A stretch of DNA of 61,515 nucleotides, filler included. It is 4 parts of 4 records of this genome, joined end to end, with 100 filler letters (N's around TTAATTAATTAA, not from the genome) between each part and the next. Parts side by side here need not be neighbours in the genome. Positions count along the whole stretch, not along the records: positions 1 to 28,744 come from DRR723986_8405; 3 more parts are not named here. The stretch is one strand, 5' to 3'. Shown piece after piece: positions 9,890-19,789 of the stretch. A model generated the notes under the pieces. The model searched no databases and was not told where the DNA came from. It was given only the letters and a program-made list of their open reading frames with translations. The position numbers were made by a program, and so were the translations under genes. The stretch's first letter is position 1. Each line of letters opens with the position of its first letter.

Positions 9890-11132
9890 TCATCTGATGG
9901 ATCTCCCCTGCCAGCGCCTGATGCGCTACCGCCGAATTCTCCCGCAATACATTGGACAGCAAGGCGACCGCATAATGCAGCCGCGGTTGCTCGGAATCAT
10001 CCTCGATGATTGCCAGCGAACCCATGTAGTTCCGAACGTTTCCGCGGTAAGGCCCGCAGCTGAACCCCTCCTCCGGCTCGCAGCCGTACAGTGATCCCGA
10101 CTTGAAATAGACCGCCGCCTCACGCAAGGCAGGTGCCGAGGCATAACGGATGCGGTTCTCGGTCACGTACAGCAGGCGCTTGATCTGCTGGCTGCTCCAG
10201 GAATCCACCAAGCGACCTTGCTCCAGGAACAGTGCCAGTTCAACCATACTGCGAGGAGTGGCATAGCTGTTGCCACCGCCGTCGACCAGGCGCTTGCCCT
10301 CGCGGGTAAAGAAGCTGCCCTGGCGAAGCGCATCCAGGGACAGGCCACTGCGGCGCAAAGGTTCCCAGAAAGCCTGCTGGAACAAGGCAGTAAGCGCCGC
10401 CCTGCCCGCCTGGTCAAAAAACAGAGAGATGCGGGCCTCCTCCAGCGGATAGCTCGCCCCGAACTGGCGCAGCAGCATGGCGTCGCGCATCACCATGGCG
10501 GCAGCCGAGTTAGAACTGGCGGACAGTGTCCAGTCGAGATACTCCCAGAGGTTACCCTCATCACCTTCGCGCATCGGTCGGCGGGAGAGCGCACCGGAGG
10601 CCGGATCAAATAAGCGAATTTTGTGGTGGTCTGTGACGCTGAAGCGGTCGGCCTTGACCCGCGTCTCACGCAGCAGATCAAGCCGCGCCTGCAGGTCATC
10701 AGGGTAGGCGTCGGCCAGTGCCTGAAAGAGCCCCACCGCGGCGACCAGCTTGCCCACGCTACCGACATTCTGGCGCTGGTCGGGCCGCAATGCGCCGTAA
10801 ACAACCGCATTCGGGTCTGAGAGATCAATCAGTGCGATCGCATAGCGTTCCGCCTGCTCGCCGAACAAGTCCTCAAGGGCAGCGGACAATACCGGGTCCG
10901 CTGGCGGAAGCTCAAAATCCAGGCCCAGCAATCGTGGCTTGATCTCACTGGCTGGACGCAAGGCCCCGGCGGGCTGCCGATCACCCGACAGTTCACCGCT
11001 TTCCACCCGACGGACATAGTCCAGCCGCCGTATACCGGTATCGTGATAGCCGTCGATGGGGTATGCCGCTACTTGCCAGGCCAGCGACGCGCATAACAGC
11101 CCGAGCGCCAGCTGCAGCAAGCAGCGGCTCAT
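9864..11132 (-). CDS. Exported serine hydrolase, divergent beta-lactamase/PBP-like fold
   Basis: Signal peptide (VAA/YP); SxxK (GSVGK), SxN (SSN), KSG (FKSGS); C-terminal Cys pair. Confidence 0.7.
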   Translation of the reverse strand: MSRCLLQLALGLLCASLAWQVAAYPIDGYHDTGIRRLDYVRRVESGELSGDRQPAGALRPASEIKPRLLGLDFELPPADPVLSAALEDLFGEQAERYAIALIDLSDPNAVVYGALRPDQRQNVGSVGKLVAAVGLFQALADAYPDDLQARLDLLRETRVKADRFSVTDHHKIRLFDPASGALSRRPMREGDEGNLWEYLDWTLSASSNSAAAMVMRDAMLLRQFGASYPLEEARISLFFDQAGRAALTALFQQAFWEPLRRSGLSLDALRQGSFFTREGKRLVDGGGNSYATPRSMVELALFLEQGRLVDSWSSQQIKRLLYVTENRIRYASAPALREAAVYFKSGSLYGCEPEEGFSCGPYRGNVRNYMGSLAIIEDDSEQPRLHYAVALLSNVLRENSAVAHQALAGEIHQMIRARHHSR

Positions 11133-14023
11133 CGCTGCGGGGTTTCCTTCAGGTCGACCCGGTCGGCCTCGACAGGTCGGGCACTGGCATCCATCGCGCG
11201 CAGTACCCCGCTGCCCCGGGTACTGCGATTCTCCAGAAACGGTCGCAGCTGGAACAGGCGCAGTTGGCCGTCGAGGAAACCAAACTCGACATCTGCCGGG
11301 GCCGGCTCACCCTGCTCATCCACGATCGGGCCGAAGCGCTGGGGCAGATTACGGGCAAATTCCGCCAGCAGGTGAATCTCCCCCGGCGTCATGATGGTAT
11401 CCGACCCGGATGCCGGCAACTTCAGAATGCCGCCCGCCGGGTCGGGTACCCTGCGCCAGGCAGCGGTGGCCGTGTCCAGCACGCGGACCGATTCCCCGTC
11501 GAGACTGATGCGCAGCGATTCTGCCGCCTGGCCGTCGACCGCCCCGCCCAGGCCCTCATTTACCGCCACCGACAGGATCCCAGTATCACCGCTGTCGATA
11601 TCGGCAGTCACCAGCACCCCGGACTTGTCCGACCCAACCGATTCCAGCAACAAGACCGAGGTGTATACGTGCTCCGGTGCGGTCATATGCGCCTGGCGCC
11701 AGGCAAAGGCCCTTGCAGTAAACGGGGACGCCCATACCCGGGGGATCGCATGGATCAGCTCTTCGAAACCCACCACATTGGGCAGGGTAAGATTCAGCCC
11801 GGCGCCGGTGAATCCGGCCAGGTCCTCAACATTGGTATCGGACCGAACGAAGACGCCGACACTGTCGGAACCGAAGTTCGCAATCATCGCCTTGCGCAGC
11901 TGCTCACGGAAACTGTCGGGCAGCGGGGTGTTGAGAATGGCGGTATAGAGTTCGGTACGAAAGGCCTCGGTGCGCTCCTCCCGCTGCGGACTGCCGGCGG
12001 GCAGCGCCGCAATGGCGCTGTATTGGCTGAGCATCCAGTCCCACAGCGTGTCACCACTGCGATGGCGCTGACCAAGGGCGGTCGAGCGAAACAGGCCGAA
12101 AGGAATGGCAAGACCGCGCGAGACCGCGGCCGGGTAGTGCTTGCGCAGCTCTGCGAGTTTTGCCGCCTTGGGCCCGACGCTGCGGCCCGAATCGCCGGCG
12201 GATAGCTCCGCGATAGGCAGCGGGCGCCGGACAGACAGGTCGAGCTTGTCGAGGTCCGGACGGATCACGATGCCACCCTGCAGGGCCTCACTGGCCTCTG
12301 CTGGACCGGTATCCGCTGTTATATGCACCAATCCGCCCGGACTAACCGCGAGCACGATACGTTCGCCGTCATGGCGCTCGAGCTGTTCGGCCACGTCTTG
12401 GCTGACGCTGACGTTGGGGATACCGAGGTTACGCGCCAGCAACTGCACGTGAGATAAGGGGTTGCCCGCGCCCCGGGTGATTATGCCCGCCACCGGTGGC
12501 AGATCCGAGACCGTTTCTGGCAACAGGTAAATGCCGTCCGCTCTGAATGCGCCGGGCGATTCCGGACGTCGCGCGTAGAGCACACCGCGGGCTATGCCGG
12601 GGTTCAGCGCGTTGAATCCGGAACCGCGGGTATTGTCGAACAGCTGGTGCTTGATGCCGGCCAGCCTGCCGGCGTCGCGGGCGAGGATTTCGATGAGCTG
12701 CGAATAAAAAAGCAGCGGACTGCCGCGCAGCTGGTCCTGGATAAACAGGGCAGCCCGCGGCTCCACCTCGGCGAGCTTCATCATCGACGGGTAAAAATAA
12801 CGGCGCATACCCTGGACGCCCCAACCGCCGGCCCGGCCAAGGTAGTCGAGGCCGGCACGATATGCCGCAAGCGCCGGGGACGACTGGTCCAGGGCGACGA
12901 GCTGCTGCTGCACCTCGGCATACAGACGAGCATTGATATGCCCTGTGCCATAAGCCGCCGCTGCCCCGGCGGCGAGCAACGCAAGGTGCTGTTGCCGGGA
13001 CCGGGATGGCAACTGCTCACGCAGTTCCGAAGCAGCGCGGTAATGCGCGTTTTCGAGTTGCAGACCCAGGTCGAGCAGGTCCAGGCGCAACTGGACGGAC
13101 TGGGCCTGCGCCAGATCACTTCGAATAGCAGCCAGCGCCCTGCCGCTGAGTTCCAGGCGCCGGGCTGCATCACCATTCGCCTCGAGCCAGCCATCCGCAA
13201 CCTGCCCCAGCTCAACGCGCAGCGCGTCCGGCAGCCCATCCCGGGCGAGGGTTTCTCGCAGCAGCGTCTCCAGCGGCCGCCCACCGTAGACCTGGTCTAT
13301 CTCTGACGCCAGTTGCGCATAACGCTGCTGTAACTCGCCATCCGCTACACCGGCTGCGTAGCCGCGCACGCGATCGGCGTCCCCTGCGTCGGGGGCGCCA
13401 TGGATCTTCGCCCTGATTGGCATGAACGGCGGATCATCTTCCGACAATGCCGCCGACCACTGGCGTACCTTAGAGATCGAGGCGCTGTCCTCGCCATGCG
13501 GCAGCAGCTTCACCCCAGTGCGTAAAGCGACGAAGCGCGGCCCCAGCCAGTCGGGGTCGGCAGCAAGCGCCAGCAGCAGCCTCTCCGCTCCGGCGCGCTC
13601 GTCCTCGTCCTGGATCGCACCGCGATAGAAAACCGCCTTGCGGAAAATCCAGCCCTCATCCACCGCCGTCAGGTAGCGTTCGATCAGCAACTGGGCGTAG
13701 TGGTCCTCGGCATCCGCTGCCTGCAGAAAATGCTGCGGCTCGATGCCGGCCAGTAAATTGGCGACCAGGTAGCCGTGTTCGCGCAACTTGACGGTACGAC
13801 TGTTCCACTCGCCATGCTGTACGCCACCGCCGTGTTCCCGGCAGGCATAGGGCTGCGGAGGAAGCACCTTCCCGTCATTGCAGAACCAGCGGATTCTGGA
13901 AAAGGGCCCCCGCGGTTCATCGCGCATCTGCTTGATCCAGCCGGCATAGTCATCCGCTGCGGACAGCGGAACTGAGAGCGGCAGCAAGGCCAGCAGCAGC
14001 AAGGGACTCAGAAATTTGCGCAT
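11129..14023 (-). CDS. PEP-utilising/dikinase family protein with signal peptide; phospho-His domain followed by ATP-grasp (PPDK_N) domain
   Basis: MRKFLSPLLLLALLPLSVPLSA signal; His domain GAGNPLSHVQLLARNLGIP; ATP-grasp motifs VGPKAAKLAEL, VRSDTNVEDLAGFTGAG, VWASPF, DVEFGF..FQLRPF; no pyruvate-binding barrel. Confidence 0.85.
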   Translation of the reverse strand: MRKFLSPLLLLALLPLSVPLSAADDYAGWIKQMRDEPRGPFSRIRWFCNDGKVLPPQPYACREHGGGVQHGEWNSRTVKLREHGYLVANLLAGIEPQHFLQAADAEDHYAQLLIERYLTAVDEGWIFRKAVFYRGAIQDEDERAGAERLLLALAADPDWLGPRFVALRTGVKLLPHGEDSASISKVRQWSAALSEDDPPFMPIRAKIHGAPDAGDADRVRGYAAGVADGELQQRYAQLASEIDQVYGGRPLETLLRETLARDGLPDALRVELGQVADGWLEANGDAARRLELSGRALAAIRSDLAQAQSVQLRLDLLDLGLQLENAHYRAASELREQLPSRSRQQHLALLAAGAAAAYGTGHINARLYAEVQQQLVALDQSSPALAAYRAGLDYLGRAGGWGVQGMRRYFYPSMMKLAEVEPRAALFIQDQLRGSPLLFYSQLIEILARDAGRLAGIKHQLFDNTRGSGFNALNPGIARGVLYARRPESPGAFRADGIYLLPETVSDLPPVAGIITRGAGNPLSHVQLLARNLGIPNVSVSQDVAEQLERHDGERIVLAVSPGGLVHITADTGPAEASEALQGGIVIRPDLDKLDLSVRRPLPIAELSAGDSGRSVGPKAAKLAELRKHYPAAVSRGLAIPFGLFRSTALGQRHRSGDTLWDWMLSQYSAIAALPAGSPQREERTEAFRTELYTAILNTPLPDSFREQLRKAMIANFGSDSVGVFVRSDTNVEDLAGFTGAGLNLTLPNVVGFEELIHAIPRVWASPFTARAFAWRQAHMTAPEHVYTSVLLLESVGSDKSGVLVTADIDSGDTGILSVAVNEGLGGAVDGQAAESLRISLDGESVRVLDTATAAWRRVPDPAGGILKLPASGSDTIMTPGEIHLLAEFARNLPQRFGPIVDEQGEPAPADVEFGFLDGQLRLFQLRPFLENRSTRGSGVLRAMDASARPVEADRVDLKETPQR

Positions 14024-14081
14024 GCCACCACCATCCAGGCGCTCAAAGCGAATCACGGCGGCGGCTTAACACCGGGGCCGC

Positions 14082-14480
14082 TCAGCGTACCGCCATGGAC
14101 AGGTCGAATCCCAGGGCCAGTGCCCTGTTAATGGCAGCATCCCGCTCATGCTCCTCACGGCTGCTCACCCAGAGATTGGTGCAACGCGTTCCGGTGCGGC
14201 AAAACGCGAGCACAGGCCGCGACGGATCGTCGAACAATGACCTCAGCAGGGACAGGTCCGCCCCGGGATAATTCACTGCATTTACAGGCAGGTAGTGGTA
14301 CGCCATCCCGGCGGCCTCAGCCGCCGCCGCGATATCGCTGTGTGAAGGCTGACCGGGCACTTCGCCATCGGGTCGGTTGTTGACCAGCACCCGATAGCCC
14401 GCCGCGGCGATATGCTCTACGTCACTCGGGTCAATCTGGCCGCTGACTGCCAGGTGCTCTTCAAGATTAATCAGGTTCAT
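14082..14480 (-). CDS. TIGR01244/DUF442 family sulfurtransferase or phosphatase-fold protein
   Basis: VSGQI, NNRPDGE, CX5R motif FCRTGTR. Confidence 0.85.
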   Translation of the reverse strand: MNLINLEEHLAVSGQIDPSDVEHIAAAGYRVLVNNRPDGEVPGQPSHSDIAAAAEAAGMAYHYLPVNAVNYPGADLSLLRSLFDDPSRPVLAFCRTGTRCTNLWVSSREEHERDAAINRALALGFDLSMAVR

Positions 14481-14488
14481 ACGCTACC

Positions 14489-16024
14489 TCAGGGCTGCTG
14501 GTACAGGGACTCCATAATCTGGTCGATGGTAAAGCTGGCCGGTCGCTGCCTGGGCGGGTAAGCCTTCAGTGACGCAACAAAGCGGCTCACTGCAACCCGC
14601 GACATACCGACAGCCGGGGCAATCTTCTTGTCCCACCAGAAATTGTAGCCGTTGGAATCCGTATCGGCTCGTTCGAAAGGGTCGCGCCGCAGGTGGAACA
14701 CCTTGGGAATCCGCAAAGTCACGAAGGGGTCCCGCCAGACATCGAACTGGCGTGCGCGCTGCTCGGCAAACACGGATTTCCAGTCATCAATGCGCACCGC
14801 CGTCAATTGCCCGTCGTCGCTGAAGTAAAAAAACTCACGCCTTGGAGTCTGCTCGCTCTGACCCGTGAGGTAAGGCAGGAAATCATAGCCGTCCAGATGC
14901 ACTTTGAAAGTCTTCCCGCCCACCCGGTGGCCCTGCCGGAGCTTGGGTACGATCTGCTCTTCCCCTGCCGCCGCCATGAGGGTCGGAACCCAGTCCAGGT
15001 GGGACATCACCTGGTTACTGATCTGCCCCGGCGCAATCTTACCGGGCCAGCGCACCATGGCAGGGACCCGGAAACCGCCTTCCCAGTTGGTGTTCTTTTC
15101 ACCACGGAATGGCGTGATCGCGGCATCCGGCCACATGTTGTAATGCGGCCCGTTGTCCGTCGAATAAACCACGATGGTGTTATCCGCAATACCCAGTTCA
15201 TCCAGCTTGGCGAGCAGCTGCCCGACATGGCCGTCATGCTCCGCCATGGCGTCGTTGTAGAAACCCTGCCCGGTGGCACCGTGCTGGGATTCCTTGAGGT
15301 GGGTGTAATAGTGCATGCGGGTTGAGTTGAACCAGACAAAGAACGGCTTCTCCTGCTCGTGAGCGCCGTCAATGAACTTCAATGCAGCGCCGAGAAATTC
15401 CTCGTCGACGGTTTCCATGCGCTTGCGGGTCAGCGGACCGCTGTCCTCGATGCGCCCATCCGCACTACTGCGAATCACACCCCGTGGGCTGAAGGCCTTG
15501 TTGAACGCGGGATCCTTGGGCCAGTCAGGATCTTCCGGGCCCTCCTCTGCATTCAGGTGATACAGATTGCCGAAGAATTCGTCAAAGCCGTGGTTGGTGG
15601 GAAGAAACTCATCACGATCACCCAGGTGGTTCTTGCCGAACTGGCCGCTGGTATAGCCGTGGGGCTTGAGCAGCTCCGCCAGGGTCGGATCCTCCGGCTG
15701 AATGCCAATTTCCGCACCCGGGATGCCTACCTTGGTGAGCCCGGTTCGCACCGGGTGCTGCCCGGTAATGAACGCCGAGCGTCCTGCAGTGCAGCTTTGC
15801 TCCCCGTAGTAATCAGTGAATATCATGCCCTCGTTGGCAATACGGTCGATATGGGGAGTCTGGTAGCCCATCATCCCCATGCTGTAGCGACTGATATTCC
15901 AGATTCCGATATCATCGCCCCAGATGACCAGGATGTTCGGCTTATCGGCGGCCAGCAGCGGCGCGGCGGCGGCTGTGCACAGGGCGAGTAGAACGATTCT
16001 GAGCTTTGCGAAGTGCTGGGACAT
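14489..16024 (-). CDS. Arylsulfatase (formylglycine-dependent, Cys-type), exported
   Basis: KPNILVIWGDDIG, SCTAGRSAFITG (CxxxR), GKNHLG, TDNG; signal peptide. Confidence 0.92.
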   Translation of the reverse strand: MSQHFAKLRIVLLALCTAAAAPLLAADKPNILVIWGDDIGIWNISRYSMGMMGYQTPHIDRIANEGMIFTDYYGEQSCTAGRSAFITGQHPVRTGLTKVGIPGAEIGIQPEDPTLAELLKPHGYTSGQFGKNHLGDRDEFLPTNHGFDEFFGNLYHLNAEEGPEDPDWPKDPAFNKAFSPRGVIRSSADGRIEDSGPLTRKRMETVDEEFLGAALKFIDGAHEQEKPFFVWFNSTRMHYYTHLKESQHGATGQGFYNDAMAEHDGHVGQLLAKLDELGIADNTIVVYSTDNGPHYNMWPDAAITPFRGEKNTNWEGGFRVPAMVRWPGKIAPGQISNQVMSHLDWVPTLMAAAGEEQIVPKLRQGHRVGGKTFKVHLDGYDFLPYLTGQSEQTPRREFFYFSDDGQLTAVRIDDWKSVFAEQRARQFDVWRDPFVTLRIPKVFHLRRDPFERADTDSNGYNFWWDKKIAPAVGMSRVAVSRFVASLKAYPPRQRPASFTIDQIMESLYQQP

Positions 16025-16177
16025 GAGTGCTTCCTTTGGGAGTCGAGCCTGGCGTACCGTCCGGCCCCGCGCCAGCGGGGCCGGTTCGCTGTTGACCGAT
16101 CCTGGAAAACGGTCTCGACCGCATAGTAGAACGCGCAAACCCCGCGGTCAAAGCCGTGACCGCGCTCGCCGTCGACC

Positions 16178-17119
16178 CTAGAACTGGTCGGGCCTGATCG
16201 TGAGGCTCAGGTTGAAGTAGGCGCTGGAGCCCACGTCCACGTCCACCGAATCGAGGCCATCCTCCGAGACGCGCAAGCCGCGGAATCCACCGGCGCCGAC
16301 CTCCGCACCCAGCCAGACGTACTTGTAGAGGCGGCGTTCCACTCCCAGGCCAAAGTCCCAGGCATCGACATTGAAGTACACGTCGCCCTGCTCCGGCTGC
16401 AGCGACCAGGAAGCTCCCGAGGGTGAGACGCCGAGGCGAAACATCCAGTCACTGGTCGGCGCGTAATACACCGCGGGCCAGGGCATGATGGCACTGACAG
16501 TCCAGCGCTCGTTGAGGGTCCAGGACGCGCCAACATAGGGGATGAAGAAATCCTCATCGGCACCGACATCGAAGTAAAAACCGAAGGCCCACCAAAGGTC
16601 CTCACGCTGCTCCCAGCGGGCGAAGGCTCCGCCAAGGGTCTGCCAGCTCCAGCCGCCGTTCTCAAGATCGCTGTCGTGTCCCAGCGGCATAAGGAATCCC
16701 GCTGCCTGCCATTCGGGGTCGACCTGCCGCAACCAGGCGACGGGGATGCCGACAGAACGCACGGTGAAATTCTCGTCGGCCGAGCCCTGGACATTGAATC
16801 TCGACACACTGAGGTACTCCCCCACCGCCAGCATGTCGCGCTCGCCCAACAACAGAGGGACACCTGCGGCCTGGCTCACCGTATCGACGTCATAGCTGAG
16901 CTTGCGTCCCCTGCGATCCTCGAGATCTGAGTCCCCGTAGTGGGTTGCGCCCAGAAAGGCCACCGGGAACATGGGCACATTACTGCGCCCGCGCTGGAAG
17001 CGCAGCTCGCTTTCCTCGATTTGCCGGACCATGCGGTCAACGATACCGGGCTCGTCACCAGCCCGCGCCCAGACGCTGAAACAGGCAAGAATACAAAGTA
17101 CTATTAGCTTATTTATCAT
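16178..17119 (-). CDS. Putative outer-membrane beta-barrel protein (DUF6268-like)
   Basis: Signal peptide, aromatic-rich alternating strands, C-terminal Phe. Confidence 0.6.
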   Translation of the reverse strand: MINKLIVLCILACFSVWARAGDEPGIVDRMVRQIEESELRFQRGRSNVPMFPVAFLGATHYGDSDLEDRRGRKLSYDVDTVSQAAGVPLLLGERDMLAVGEYLSVSRFNVQGSADENFTVRSVGIPVAWLRQVDPEWQAAGFLMPLGHDSDLENGGWSWQTLGGAFARWEQREDLWWAFGFYFDVGADEDFFIPYVGASWTLNERWTVSAIMPWPAVYYAPTSDWMFRLGVSPSGASWSLQPEQGDVYFNVDAWDFGLGVERRLYKYVWLGAEVGAGGFRGLRVSEDGLDSVDVDVGSSAYFNLSLTIRPDQF

Positions 17120-17159
17120 ATAGATAGATGTCTTTATTAAACCTTTATGCGATATAAAT

Positions 17160-17915
17160 TTACAGGCCCAGACCTTTGCCGCCGTCCCATAGCAGCTTAG
17201 CGCCCACGACTACCAGGAAAGCGCTGATAATACGGTAATAGAGTCCCGGCTCTGTGCGCTGCACCAGCCAGTGGCCGATCTTTACGCCCAGGGGGGCAAG
17301 CGGGACCAGCAGCAGCGAGTACAGCAGGTTATCGGTACTGAACTGCCCCAGCCAGTAATAGGGCAGCAGCTTGACCATATTGACCACGGCGAAAAACAGG
17401 CCGGCAGTACCGGCGAATACCAGCGGGCTGAGCCGCTTGGGCAACAGGTACATGGTAAACGGCGGCCCACCGGCGTGAATGCTGAAACTGGTGAAACCGG
17501 CCATGGCCCCGAACAGCCCGCCGGCCGCGGGATTGTGCCCCTGGCTGCTCCGGGAGGTCCAGCCAAGCAGGCTCTGGGCACCAAAAGCCAGTGCGATAAT
17601 GCCGATCAGCACACGCATGTAGTCGTCATTCATCACATCTGCTGAGAGATAACCCAGCAGGATGCCAAATACTGCACCGGGCAACAGCAGCTTGAGCGAT
17701 CTGGCGTCGAAGATACCCCAGTAGGTTTTCACCACCACGGCATCCATCACCACCAGGATCGGCAGCAGGATGGCTGCTGCCTGGGTCGGCGACATAACCA
17801 GCGCCATCAGCGGCACCGATATGACGGAGATCGACCCTCCGAAACCGCCCTTGGCGATGCCGTACAGCAGTACCGCAGGCAGGCAGACCAGATAGAACGC
17901 CGGATCACTGAGCAA
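17160..17915 (-). CDS. Sulfite exporter TauE/SafE family membrane protein
   Basis: KGGFGG, HAGGPP, multiple transmembrane segments; TTG start. Confidence 0.85.
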   Translation of the reverse strand: MLSDPAFYLVCLPAVLLYGIAKGGFGGSISVISVPLMALVMSPTQAAAILLPILVVMDAVVVKTYWGIFDARSLKLLLPGAVFGILLGYLSADVMNDDYMRVLIGIIALAFGAQSLLGWTSRSSQGHNPAAGGLFGAMAGFTSFSIHAGGPPFTMYLLPKRLSPLVFAGTAGLFFAVVNMVKLLPYYWLGQFSTDNLLYSLLLVPLAPLGVKIGHWLVQRTEPGLYYRIISAFLVVVGAKLLWDGGKGLGL

Positions 17916-17920
17916 GGGGG

Positions 17921-19024
17921 TCAGTCGACCAGGCCAAAGCGGGATGCAAGCACGTCGATGATCTCGGCACGCGGATCAGGGGAAACAGTCAGGGGCTCAC
18001 CGGTAATCCGCTCGGCAATCCCGGTATAGGTAGCCGAGACCTGCATCAGGACCTCGGCGGGTAGCGCGTTATCGCGGGCCAGTGCCTGGCGCTCGGGCAT
18101 GCGCTCCTTATTGAGCAGGATATCGGGGTCGGGAAAGTATTCGAGCAGGAGCTGGCGAAAACCCTCTTTAGAGTTTTCCAGCACCCTGCCCTCGCGGTAG
18201 GACGGCCCGTCCCAGATGCGGGAGGAGTCCGGTGTTCCAACCTCATCCATGTAAATCAACTTCTGCCTGCCCCTATCATCGGTGACATAACCGAACTCGA
18301 ACTTGGTATCGACAAACACCTGGTCGACTCGCGCCAGCTCCTCACTGATAAGCTCAAAACCCTGGCGCAGCAGGGTTTCGTAGTGGTCCACATCGGCGGC
18401 GGCAAGAAAATTGAATGCGCTGTAGTTCGCCACGATAGCCGCACGCGAAATGTTCGCATCGTCGACGGCCGGCACGCCGGGTATGCCCTGGAGAATGCCC
18501 TTGGTGGACGGCGTAATCAGCAGCTCGGGTAATTTCTGGTCTTTCTGTAGTCCGTCGGGCAGCGTGATACCGCAAAACTCGCGCTCGCCCAGGGCATAGG
18601 CACGCCACATCGATCCGGTTATGTATTGCCTGGCGATCGCTTCAATCATCACCGGGCGGGCTTTCTGCACTATCCACACGAGGGGATGCGGTATTTCCAG
18701 GATGTGGCTATCGGCAAGCCCGTGCTCCCGGAACAGGCTGAACCAGTGATTGGATATGGTATTGAGCGCCGCCCCTTTGCCCGGCACACCTGCCAGACCG
18801 CCCTCGCCATGCCAGATACAGTCGAACGCTGAGATACGGTCGGAGATGACCATAATGGCGAGCGGCGCATCCGCCGCGACCGGGTACCCGCGATCCCTGA
18901 TCAGCCGGGCGCTGTCTGCGGCGGTGAGCCAGTAGACGGACCGCACCTTGCCACTGTGAATGGGCCGGTCGGTGCGAATGGGCAGGTCATTGTTGACCGC
19001 CAGTACCTTGTCAGCGAGGCTCAT
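17921..19024 (-). CDS. purC: SAICAR synthase (long Vibrio-type PurC)
   Basis: [36 protein letters not shown]; start MSLADKVL. Confidence 0.93.
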   Translation of the reverse strand: MSLADKVLAVNNDLPIRTDRPIHSGKVRSVYWLTAADSARLIRDRGYPVAADAPLAIMVISDRISAFDCIWHGEGGLAGVPGKGAALNTISNHWFSLFREHGLADSHILEIPHPLVWIVQKARPVMIEAIARQYITGSMWRAYALGEREFCGITLPDGLQKDQKLPELLITPSTKGILQGIPGVPAVDDANISRAAIVANYSAFNFLAAADVDHYETLLRQGFELISEELARVDQVFVDTKFEFGYVTDDRGRQKLIYMDEVGTPDSSRIWDGPSYREGRVLENSKEGFRQLLLEYFPDPDILLNKERMPERQALARDNALPAEVLMQVSATYTGIAERITGEPLTVSPDPRAEIIDVLASRFGLVD

Positions 19025-19284
19025 GAACACATCCTGTCTGGCCGGAAACACCCGAAACTGAGATATTAGAGGCCGGTCGGGTATAACCGGCGCTGGCGAT
19101 TCTAGCAAAGCACACCGCGCGGCACACCCCGGCCGGACGGCCAGGACGCCCGGCCCTGGCAGCCTCATGGTCAGCGGTTGGCAGGATACGCCCTGTTGCG
19201 ACCCGCCGACTTGAGGTACCTTTACCACCGGGCAGTTAAAAGACCCACATAACCTGTAAACCTCGAGAGAATACCGCGCACGCC

Positions 19285-19716
19285 ATGTCGACAGCACCAC
19301 AAACCCCCTACCAGATACTTGGCGAACAGGGCATTCGCGACCTCGCCGATCGCTTCTATGAGCTGATGGACAGCCTGCCGGAGGCCGCGGGCATTCGCGC
19401 CATGCATGCCCGGGACCTGGACCCGATGAAGGAGAAACTGGCCGATTACCTGATTGGCTGGATGGGCGGCCCCCCCATTTATGCCGAGAAGCGCGGCTCG
19501 GTGTGCATGACCGAACCCCATGAACCGTTTCATATCGGGCCCGCGGAGCGCGACCAGTGGCTGCTGTGCATGAACCTGGCGCTGGAGCAAACCGGGGCCA
19601 GCGAGGAACTGGTCGACATGCTGAAAGTCCCGATGTTTCGTATCGCGGACGCGGTGCGCAACCGGGAAGGTCCCAGTGCGGCGGCTACGGATGCCAATAT
19701 CATCGCCGCCGGCTGA
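19285..19716 (+). CDS. Group II truncated hemoglobin
   Basis: [28 protein letters not shown]. Confidence 0.88.
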   Translation: MSTAPQTPYQILGEQGIRDLADRFYELMDSLPEAAGIRAMHARDLDPMKEKLADYLIGWMGGPPIYAEKRGSVCMTEPHEPFHIGPAERDQWLLCMNLALEQTGASEELVDMLKVPMFRIADAVRNREGPSAAATDANIIAAG

Positions 19717-19789
19717 CGGCAGCCCCGCGCTTGGGTGAGCGCGAAACAATCAGCTACAATCTGCCCTCCTTCTCAGCGGAAAACGCCTC

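Noticed and set aside
8975-11132. Calling the two serine hydrolases beta-lactam resistance genes
   Set aside because: Fold motifs are present but no recognisable Glu166 omega-loop motif; activity cannot be inferred from sequence
11129-14023. Annotation as PEP synthase (ppsA) or rifampin phosphotransferase
   Set aside because: No pyruvate-binding barrel, domain order reversed relative to both, and a signal peptide is present
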